A DNA stretch of 32,000 nt from Candidatus Fokinia solitaria. GTDB taxonomy: Bacteria; Pseudomonadota; Alphaproteobacteria; Rickettsiales; Midichloriaceae. The translations under genes were made by a program, and so were the position numbers. The notes under the pieces were generated by a model. The model saw nothing but the letters and a program-made list of their open reading frames with translations. It ran no database searches and had not been told where the DNA came from. Positions within the stretch are counted from its first letter, which is position 1, and each line of letters opens with the position of its first letter. The stretch is from contig NZ_CP025989.1 of NCBI RefSeq assembly GCF_003072485.1, forward strand, positions 300,001-332,000, read 5' to 3'. Below are positions 24,893 through 32,000 of the stretch, piece by piece.

Positions 24893-26389
24893 TTATAATT
24901 CATATTTCTGCATAAACTTATCCAACAATAGAACACCGAATCCTGTTCCGCCACTTGTTGCGAAATGAGATGGATGCTTAGACATGGACACTCCTGCAAT
25001 GTCTATGTGTGCCCAACTGTAGCTTTTATTTTTAATAAATCTATATAAAAATTGAGCAGCTGTCGTGCTACCTGCGCCTCTACCGCTTCCTACATTCTTT
25101 ATGTCTGCTATTGTAGAATTAATTTGTGCATCATATTCGCTTGCAATAGGGAGTTGCCATAGCAATTCTCCGCTATCATATCCTGCGGTAATGAGATTTT
25201 TAGCTAATGTATCGCTATTGCAGAACAGGCCAGCATATACATCGCCAAGTGCAATTGTTATAGCGCCTGTTAAAGTTGCTAAATCGATAATTTTCGTTAC
25301 ATTATGATATTTTTCTTGGAGATACCATAGCGCGTCAGCCAGTATCAATCTGCCTTCTGCATCTGTATTATCGATTTCGATAGTTTGTTCGGACATCGAT
25401 GATACTACATCGCCTGGTCTTTGTGCTGTTCCGGAAGGCATATTTTCCACAAGTGGTATGACGGCAACTACGTTAATATTGGCATTTCGTTTTGCGATGG
25501 CATACATAGTGCCTGCTACAGTTGCGGCACCTCCCATATCACCTTTCATATCGCCCATATTCTGAGAGGGCTTTATACTAATCCCTCCGCTATCAAAAGT
25601 TACACCTTTTCCTACTAGACCAACATGTTCATTACCGCCGCCTTTCCACTCCATTACAAGCAATTGCGGCTCTCTACTGCTGCCTTGTGCGACACCTAGT
25701 AGTGCATTCATTTTTAGTGCTTGCATTTCATTTCGTTTTAAAACTTTAATCGTCAATTTATCGATAGAAGAACATTTTTTCTGAATTACGCTGACGAATT
25801 CTTCTGGAGAAAGCGTATTTGCTGGCTCATTTACTAGATCGCGTGCCAAGAATACTCCATCTATTAGATAGCTATAGTGCGTATCGAAACGTTTTTGTAT
25901 TGCGGCATGAAAGTTTGAATGTACTTCGCACTTTGTAAATGAATTGGTATGCTCTTGAAGTTTGCTTATGAAATATTTTGAGAAGGAGTAATTTCTTAAC
26001 TGCATGCCAAGTACTATAGACGCGATATCATCTTCTTTGATGAAATTAGGTATATAAAGAGCAGCTTTTTCTTCTTTCAGTGCATTGATACAATCTGTAA
26101 TCGTAGCACCGATCTGAGAATAAAAACAAAATTCTGATGATCTCGCAGCATCTTTTATGTTGTTGTTAATACCTATCAATAGTACTTTCTTACCATCGAT
26201 AATGGAGAAAAAAGATTGTTTAATATTACCTGAAAAATGCTTTATCGTTTTTGCATTAGTAGAGATTTTTGATAATAAATTACTGTCAATATCGGAATAA
26301 CTTTGGAGTGATATTGTGCTGTCCACAAGAAACACATTCACATTGTCATCTGATAAAGATGATGTATAAGAAGAGAATTGAATTTTCAT
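24893..26389 (-). CDS. pepA: Leucyl aminopeptidase (M17)
   Basis: VGKGVTFDSGGISIKP, MKGDMGGAA, NTDAEGRLILADAL, ATLTGA. Confidence 0.93.
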   Translation of the reverse strand: MKIQFSSYTSSLSDDNVNVFLVDSTISLQSYSDIDSNLLSKISTNAKTIKHFSGNIKQSFFSIIDGKKVLLIGINNNIKDAARSSEFCFYSQIGATITDCINALKEEKAALYIPNFIKEDDIASIVLGMQLRNYSFSKYFISKLQEHTNSFTKCEVHSNFHAAIQKRFDTHYSYLIDGVFLARDLVNEPANTLSPEEFVSVIQKKCSSIDKLTIKVLKRNEMQALKMNALLGVAQGSSREPQLLVMEWKGGGNEHVGLVGKGVTFDSGGISIKPSQNMGDMKGDMGGAATVAGTMYAIAKRNANINVVAVIPLVENMPSGTAQRPGDVVSSMSEQTIEIDNTDAEGRLILADALWYLQEKYHNVTKIIDLATLTGAITIALGDVYAGLFCNSDTLAKNLITAGYDSGELLWQLPIASEYDAQINSTIADIKNVGSGRGAGSTTAAQFLYRFIKNKSYSWAHIDIAGVSMSKHPSHFATSGGTGFGVLLLDKFMQKYEL

Positions 26390-26487
26390 TACACGAGAAA
26401 ACGAAGCTTTGATAAGCGTAGTCTAGAATGTAATCAATACTGTTGCAAGATCAAGCTTTTTAGCTAAGGTATGCGTTAAATAAAAAC

Positions 26488-27345
26488 TTATTTCTTCAGA
26501 TCAATTTCTAATTCTTTTGCAAGCTCTAGTATTTCGAGCTTCGCTGCAATAGCAGAAGTAGAAAGTCTAGACTTTACCAATGGTACATCAGAGTCCAATA
26601 CGCATAATCCCATGTTGAAAAGCTCTTTGAAGATGTTTCTATTGCCAAAGCCTGAAATATTCTTAAATCCTAGTTTCTTGGAGAGTTGATACAGTATCAT
26701 TTCCGTATTCTTACTATTGATCGTATCTGCATTACCAACTCTATTACGCATCACATACCACCGAGAAGGATATCCACATTTTGCAGTTTTGCGTATTTTT
26801 TGCTCAAAAAGCATTACTGCATAAGGGCCAGGAGATACAGATTCATATGAATCTCCTATTTTAGACAGAAGCTCTATATCTATTATACTATCGTTAATAG
26901 GAGTTACTACTATGTCAGCAAGCGCGTGTGCCGCTCTGCTAAGCGAAACACTACCTCCTGGTGAATCTATTACCACGTAATCATAATCTTCATGTTCTTT
27001 CACCATATATTTTTCCAAGCATTCTTCAAGTTCTTCTCCATTTCCATTTTGATGTATTGCTATCTTCATGATGTCTTCACCTTCTGCTATCTCCGCATCT
27101 TTTCTGTACTTATCGAAAGACTTATCTATGAAACATATGTGCTTCGGTATCAGAATATTCAGACCAAGCTTATTTTTTTGCATTGTTCTGTTTTCTATGT
27201 AACCAGTGAAAGATTGCTGATAGCTATCTAAGTCGACGCTAACTACCTTAAATCCAACGCTGCAGAGTAAGATAGAAAGATGTATGGCTGCCGTCGTTTT
27301 TCCTGCACCGCCTTTTTCATTTCCAAATAGTATTATGCGAGGCAC
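26488..27345 (-). CDS. mipZ: ParA/MinD-superfamily ATPase, MipZ-like division-plane regulator (GTG start)
   Basis: Deviant Walker A GNEKGGAGKTT. Collinear with Caulobacter MipZ as I recall it: VVIDSPGG, ADIVVTPINDSIIDIELL, WYVMRNRV, FKNISGFGNRNIFKELF. Confidence 0.78.
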   Translation of the reverse strand: MPRIILFGNEKGGAGKTTAAIHLSILLCSVGFKVVSVDLDSYQQSFTGYIENRTMQKNKLGLNILIPKHICFIDKSFDKYRKDAEIAEGEDIMKIAIHQNGNGEELEECLEKYMVKEHEDYDYVVIDSPGGSVSLSRAAHALADIVVTPINDSIIDIELLSKIGDSYESVSPGPYAVMLFEQKIRKTAKCGYPSRWYVMRNRVGNADTINSKNTEMILYQLSKKLGFKNISGFGNRNIFKELFNMGLCVLDSDVPLVKSRLSTSAIAAKLEILELAKELEIDLKK

Positions 27346-28835
27346 TATAGTGATAGATATTTTTCCACGTTAAATGTATCTGAAAAGATATACATCAGAT
27401 TCATTAAAACGAAAAGTGCAATAATGCAAAAACGAAAATCGATAGTAAAATGCTTATGCCGTTTTGTACTTGAAACGTATATAGAAAGTTCTTTATCAAC
27501 GGCATCTTCGAGCGATATTGATGATTTTTCTCCTGCTAATATTTTTTTCACTTCGGAAAAGAATAGAGATGAAATTATTCTAAACGGGTAAAATGCCGCC
27601 ACTATCGTCGACAAAAATACCATGCACGTGGTGATATAGTAAGATTGCTGTATTAGTAATTCGAAAATATTAAGCTTAATAAAGAAGCCTGCAAGTGGCG
27701 GAATGCCGGCTACAGATAACATTAGTATACAGAATGGTAATTGATAATAAGGAGAAATGATTTTTACGTTATCAATAGTGAGAAAGCATTTATCATCATC
27801 GTTTGATAGCGAATCCAGTTTTGATAATAAGTACATTATCGGTATATGGATGAGTGTGATATAAGTACTGACGTATATTATCGAAGCATTTTCTCCGAAA
27901 GGAATTGCCATGGCCACTAGTATAAAGCCGGATTGATGTATTGCACTATATCCAAATACTCTTTTTATGTTTGACTGTTGGAGATTTACTATAGCTGGCC
28001 AAAGTGTTGTACATACTCCAAGTAATAGCATTGCTTGACATATATATTCTGAGTCTGGAAAAGCTTTGAGAATTCTAATCATCATCAAGCATATTGGCAC
28101 CTTCAGAACGCCTAGTATATATAGAGAATGTTCTATCTTTGCACTCTGTAATGTATCAGGTATCCAAAAATGTAAAGGAGGTACTCCAAGCTTGAAACAT
28201 CCGTATATCAGTAATATTGCAAATCCTGCACTTTCTAAAGTAGAAGTAGGTAAATCAAGAGCAGAAATGATCTTTATATGTTGCAAAGAATGAGAATATA
28301 TATCGACGTTGCCGTGCGAGATGTATATCAAAGCTATACCAAGTAAAAATAATATCCCTATACAATTATCAAAAATAAAATATTTTATCGCCGCTTCTAA
28401 TCCGAATTTATCTTTTGATTGAGATAAAAGTATTTGAGTCACTAAGGAAAATACCACAAGACAGAGATATATTATGATTAAATCCTGCGCTATTGCTATA
28501 ATGAGCGATGCGAAGGCGCCAAAGATCATTAAGAGTGGAGTTTCCCAATGCGCATTTTTACTAAGTGGCGCTTTGAAATATGAATGTAATGATAACGCAA
28601 TAGCACTAGAAGTAATTACAATACATGCTTTACGTGCCGTTTCAAACATTATAAGATCCTTTGTGATGAGCATTTTTTGCGCTACGAAAGTGTGAAGTTG
28701 ATGGCAGATATCGAAGATATCGAAACCGCTTAGCGCGAGAAATGTCAATGCGAGTATGTGAGAGCTTATGATGCTAAAATCAGTCCAAAAGTGGCGTACT
28801 CTATGCTTGCTTGAATGTATCAAATCTTTGTACAT
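27345..28835 (-). CDS. nuoN: NADH-quinone oxidoreductase subunit N (divergent). I prefer the ATG at 28835; the listed ORF starts at a TTG at 28910.
   Basis: 14-TM-type protein. EAAIKYFIFDNCIGILFLLGIALIY, PLHFWIPDTLQSA, VFGYSAIHQSGFIL, GIPPLAGFFIKLNIF. The TAG stop shares its G with the mipZ GTG. Confidence 0.78.
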   Translation of the reverse strand: MYKDLIHSSKHRVRHFWTDFSIISSHILALTFLALSGFDIFDICHQLHTFVAQKMLITKDLIMFETARKACIVITSSAIALSLHSYFKAPLSKNAHWETPLLMIFGAFASLIIAIAQDLIIIYLCLVVFSLVTQILLSQSKDKFGLEAAIKYFIFDNCIGILFLLGIALIYISHGNVDIYSHSLQHIKIISALDLPTSTLESAGFAILLIYGCFKLGVPPLHFWIPDTLQSAKIEHSLYILGVLKVPICLMMIRILKAFPDSEYICQAMLLLGVCTTLWPAIVNLQQSNIKRVFGYSAIHQSGFILVAMAIPFGENASIIYVSTYITLIHIPIMYLLSKLDSLSNDDDKCFLTIDNVKIISPYYQLPFCILMLSVAGIPPLAGFFIKLNIFELLIQQSYYITTCMVFLSTIVAAFYPFRIISSLFFSEVKKILAGEKSSISLEDAVDKELSIYVSSTKRHKHFTIDFRFCIIALFVLMNLMYIFSDTFNVEKYLSL

Positions 28836-28973
28836 CTTGATTGTATTGTTATGTGTATGTAGAATCCGACATTGAAACTTCAGGGTAATATCTGTTACGT
28901 TAAAAATCAAATCACCGACGTAATGTTAGTACTTTCTAAGGCAGAAAATGCCATATAAATAAATTTTGTTGTT

Positions 28974-29636
28974 ATGTTTAATATGAAAATTCATGAGGAG
29001 GGCAGGTCGTTTATTGCTATATGTTTGGCATGCGTCCTTGTAAGTTTTTTCATATCACCGTTTGCAGTAATATTCTTCAGCCTTCTTGCTATTGCTGTTG
29101 CTACTTTTTTTCGTGATCCTGATAGAGTGCCACCTCTCGCCGATAATGTAATACTCAGTCCAGCAGACGGTTCTGTCTCGAATATAGAAAATGCAATGAC
29201 TCTTCCGAAAGAAATTGCAGGTAATATAGAGGAATTAAAAGACTCGCAGTTTACTAGAGTGAGTATTTTTTTGAGCGTTTTCGATGTACACGTCAATAGA
29301 AACGCTGCAAGTGGCGTCGTTGTAGATACTTACTATAATGCGGGGAAGTTTTTTAATGCCTCGTTGGATAAAGCAAGTGAGTTTAATGAAAGACAACTTA
29401 TTTTAGTACGTACCGATGAAGGGCAATATGTATGTTTTGTGCAAATTGCAGGGCTAATTGCGAGGAGAATAGTTTGTAATCTTGATAGAAATGCAATTGT
29501 GAAAGCAGGCGAAAGATTTGGCATTATAAGATTTGGAAGTAGAATGGATGTTTACGTACCTTCTGAATATGCGTTAAATGTGCGCTTAGGACAAATTATG
29601 GTAGGTGGAGAGACAGTGATAGCTACTCGAAAGTAA
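28974..29636 (+). CDS. psd: Phosphatidylserine decarboxylase proenzyme, short Rickettsia-type
   Basis: FFRDPDR, SPADG, RVSIFLSVFDVHVNR, GKFFNASLDKASEFNERQ, FVQIAGLIARRIVC, autocleavage region GIIRFGSRMDVYVP. Confidence 0.9.
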   Translation: MFNMKIHEEGRSFIAICLACVLVSFFISPFAVIFFSLLAIAVATFFRDPDRVPPLADNVILSPADGSVSNIENAMTLPKEIAGNIEELKDSQFTRVSIFLSVFDVHVNRNAASGVVVDTYYNAGKFFNASLDKASEFNERQLILVRTDEGQYVCFVQIAGLIARRIVCNLDRNAIVKAGERFGIIRFGSRMDVYVPSEYALNVRLGQIMVGGETVIATRK

Positions 29637-30333
29637 TGGCAGTCTTTTTCATGTAAAAAGCCTTTTCCGTGCGATCGAGTTTTTCTATAGCGTACCTTAG
29701 CATTGTCCTTGGCATATAAGCTGCGTAAATGTTAAGAAATTTTAGTAGCGCTTCTTTCTCCTTTTTCCCCGCTTCGCGTAGCATCCAACCAGTTCCTTTA
29801 TGCAGTAATTCGTGCGTATCTCGTAGTAACAGTTCTGCAATTTGAAAAGTGTATTTCAGATCGTTTTTTCTGATAAAATATAATGTTGATACAATAGCGA
29901 TTCTGCGTTTCCACCAGTGATGTGAGTCTGCTAACGTAAATAGAATATCACGCTTCTTATCGTATAAGTGATGCCCGACTATGAGTGGAGCAGATAAATC
30001 TATGAGATTCCAATTGTTTATGTACTGTAAATTCTCCATATAAAAGCTGTATAACTCATCTTTCTTCGTAGATTTCTGATATCGATTTATCAAAACAAGT
30101 AAAGCGAATACTCTCTCTTCATTTATCTTAGATGAGAGAAAATAGTGTATCTCACTAATAGCGATCTGACTAAATGCAGTTGCAATTTTTCTTAGATTTG
30201 GCATTGACACTCCAATAAATTGATCGTGTTCTGCATAATCTCCAACTCCAGTCTTAAATGCAAATGCTGCAAATGTAGGACTTCTTGTTATGTGATCGTG
30301 AAAAGATTTTCTAATTTCTTGTATTATGTGCAT
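29623..30333 (-). CDS. DNA alkylation repair protein (AlkD/AlkC-like HEAT-repeat glycosylase family)
   Basis: INNWNLIDLSAPLIVG, SHHWWKRRIAIVSTLYFIRK, HKGTGWMLREAGK; these resemble pfam DNA_alkylation family blocks. The 3' end overlaps the psd 3' end by 14 nt (convergent). Confidence 0.75.
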   Translation of the reverse strand: MHIIQEIRKSFHDHITRSPTFAAFAFKTGVGDYAEHDQFIGVSMPNLRKIATAFSQIAISEIHYFLSSKINEERVFALLVLINRYQKSTKKDELYSFYMENLQYINNWNLIDLSAPLIVGHHLYDKKRDILFTLADSHHWWKRRIAIVSTLYFIRKNDLKYTFQIAELLLRDTHELLHKGTGWMLREAGKKEKEALLKFLNIYAAYMPRTMLRYAIEKLDRTEKAFYMKKTAITFE

Positions 30334-30439
30334 CAGCGAATGAATATTGTTTTTATGCTACTTAATTAAGAAGAATATAGCACTAATAGATATAAAAGTA
30401 CTATTTGTCAAAGATAGTATCAAAGAAATGAATATCACT

Positions 30440-31384
30440 CTAATTATTAGTGATTTCTGATATTTTCCGAGAGATAGTTTTACTTATATCGAGTACTTTA
30501 AAGTACTTTGGTAAATTTGTGTGAGCAATAGTCGATGTTGTGATAATTTCACATATTGTATGTATCTTATGCGATGCAAAAAGCATATTCTGAGAAAGTA
30601 CTGCATGACTAATCATAGCTTTTATAGTTTTTGCGCCATACTTTATCAGAGTTTCTGCTGCGTTTATTACTGTCCATCCAGTATCTATAATATCATCTAC
30701 AATGATGCAATTTTTATTTAATATTGCTTTTATATCAGATTGTTTGAGCGCTGTGCCGATGCTGCGATCTTTCTTCATGATAATATGTTCGCAATGCAAT
30801 TTTTCCGCAATTTCTTTGCTTCTTTTTGCGCTTCCAAGATCTGGTGAAATTATTAAAGGATTATCGGCATTGCGAATATGTGAGGCGAATAGATCAGTAG
30901 TATCGATATTATAAAATCTCATATCAAATGCTTCTCTTGCTTTAGCAGAGTGAATATCTACCGTTAATAAGCATTCAATGGCGCTTGCCTTGATAATTTT
31001 TGCAATTGTATTAATTGGAGATGTTACTGCATATTCGCATTGCAATTGTTTATCCTGACGGCAATATGCAATGTAAGGAATAATAGCAATTATTTTAGAT
31101 GCGCCGGCATTTTGAGCTGCATTCGCCAAAAGCAGTAATTCTATAATATCGTCGTTTACGTTGCGATGTATGGAGTGCACTATAATTGCTTTATTGCCAT
31201 ATAATGAGGTATGTAGTTGAATCGAAAATTCTCCATTGGAAAACCGTTGTACAGCAGCTTGAATGTATTCAGCATTTTGATAAAAGGCTATTTTCTGCGC
31301 TATTTTTTGCGAATTTGTACCTACTATAATTTTCAATTTCTGATATAATTTTTCGTGCATTGTATCATTGCGTGAAGAGAGCAT
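30440..31384 (-). CDS. prs: Ribose-phosphate pyrophosphokinase (start uncertain: ATG at 31384 or ATG at 31360)
   Basis: LKIIVGTNSQKIAQKIA, RFSNGE, IPYIAYCRQDK, PRPP loop CIIVDDIIDTGWTV. Confidence 0.9.
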   Translation of the reverse strand: MLSSRNDTMHEKLYQKLKIIVGTNSQKIAQKIAFYQNAEYIQAAVQRFSNGEFSIQLHTSLYGNKAIIVHSIHRNVNDDIIELLLLANAAQNAGASKIIAIIPYIAYCRQDKQLQCEYAVTSPINTIAKIIKASAIECLLTVDIHSAKAREAFDMRFYNIDTTDLFASHIRNADNPLIISPDLGSAKRSKEIAEKLHCEHIIMKKDRSIGTALKQSDIKAILNKNCIIVDDIIDTGWTVINAAETLIKYGAKTIKAMISHAVLSQNMLFASHKIHTICEIITTSTIAHTNLPKYFKVLDISKTISRKISEITNN

Positions 31385-31450
31385 CAATACGATTTATGCG
31401 CTTGCTTGAGATTGCGGTAACTCAATGTATTGGAGACTTACGTGTGTGTC

Positions 31451-31894
31451 TCATATTGCGAGATTTTGTATGAAAGACTCATCAAGCATTTCTTTCGCGA
31501 TAATCTCGAAAGATTCTCTGTCAATTTCTAAAAATCCGTAGCGGAAAACTGCGCCCCACGCGTCCTTATTTTTTATGAATGATAGAGAGTTAATGAGAGG
31601 CTTAATATCTGTGTGCTTTCCCTCAAAATACTTCACATTACGTCTATATGGTTGAAATTCTCCACCCATATCGAATTTATACGGCATATCATCGGTAATT
31701 ATGCCGATAGCGGTAAATTTTTGATAAACTTTACTCTCATGCATTTTTACTTTAGAAGAGTAGTATATTATAAAATCTCCTAACTTTGGTCGTTTCGCTG
31801 GCGCTAACTTACCATGGCAAAATTGGCATATGCCAAGTTTTACGCCATTTTCTACGTGTTCTTTTGAAGCGACTCCTATCCAAAACTTTGGCAT
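31451..31894 (-). CDS. Stand-alone EVE (PUA-like) domain protein
   Basis: 147 aa. FWIGVASKEHVENGVKLGICQFCHGKLAPAKRPKLGDFIIYYSSK ... FQPYRRNVKY ... WGAVFRYGFLEI matches the roughly 150-aa bacterial EVE-domain proteins I recall (yWIgVvSkdHV.rGv..Gf.Q..HGK..PL.R...GD..vYYSp). Confidence 0.6.
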   Translation of the reverse strand: MPKFWIGVASKEHVENGVKLGICQFCHGKLAPAKRPKLGDFIIYYSSKVKMHESKVYQKFTAIGIITDDMPYKFDMGGEFQPYRRNVKYFEGKHTDIKPLINSLSFIKNKDAWGAVFRYGFLEIDRESFEIIAKEMLDESFIQNLAI

Positions 31895-32000
31895 ATATTA
31901 GAGTATTAAGAAAACGGCAGTATAGTGAGTGAAAATCGTATTGTAAAATCTTTGCTTAACGCTTTTAGCAAAATATAAATTTTTCTCTTGAAAGATTTTT

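Overview
AT-rich, gene-dense chromosomal segment that looks like a reduced, host-associated alphaproteobacterium (Rickettsiales-like). Supporting this: a short Rickettsia-type Psd, NtrY, MipZ, nuo/atp genes scattered outside their canonical operons, and isolated GTA-type tail genes. I support 29 protein-coding genes, nearly all housekeeping: serS, pal, HU, ntrY, nupC-udk, trxB, class I aldolase, groES/groEL, rpmG, family-4 UDG, nuoF, atpG, ruvC, a TrmH-family methyltransferase, gmk, glmM, pepA, mipZ, nuoN, psd, an AlkD-like protein, prs and an EVE-domain protein. By eye I found no rRNA, tRNA, tmRNA, CRISPR array, IS element or integrase. I do not see a convincing new multi-gene system such as a defence island, secretion system or biosynthetic cluster. 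The unusual content is: (1) a six-unit tandem array that repeats the atpG 3' end, stop codon and terminator, with a mosaic of variants whose differences are synonymous in the atpG frame; (2) a 1.2-kb non-coding spacer after the aldolase gene filled with degenerate nested repeats; (3) an intact, translationally coupled pair of GTA-type distal-tail/hub genes with no other phage genes nearby; (4) a 605-aa family-less secreted protein, probably an outer-membrane beta-barrel; (5) several odd gene junctions: nuoF-atpG, nuoN-mipZ with a 1-nt overlap, ntrY followed by a TolA/TonB-like gene instead of ntrX, and ruvC and the methyltransferase gene with overlapping divergent start codons. All function calls come from motif recognition by eye and memory of family sequences. 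No database search was run.
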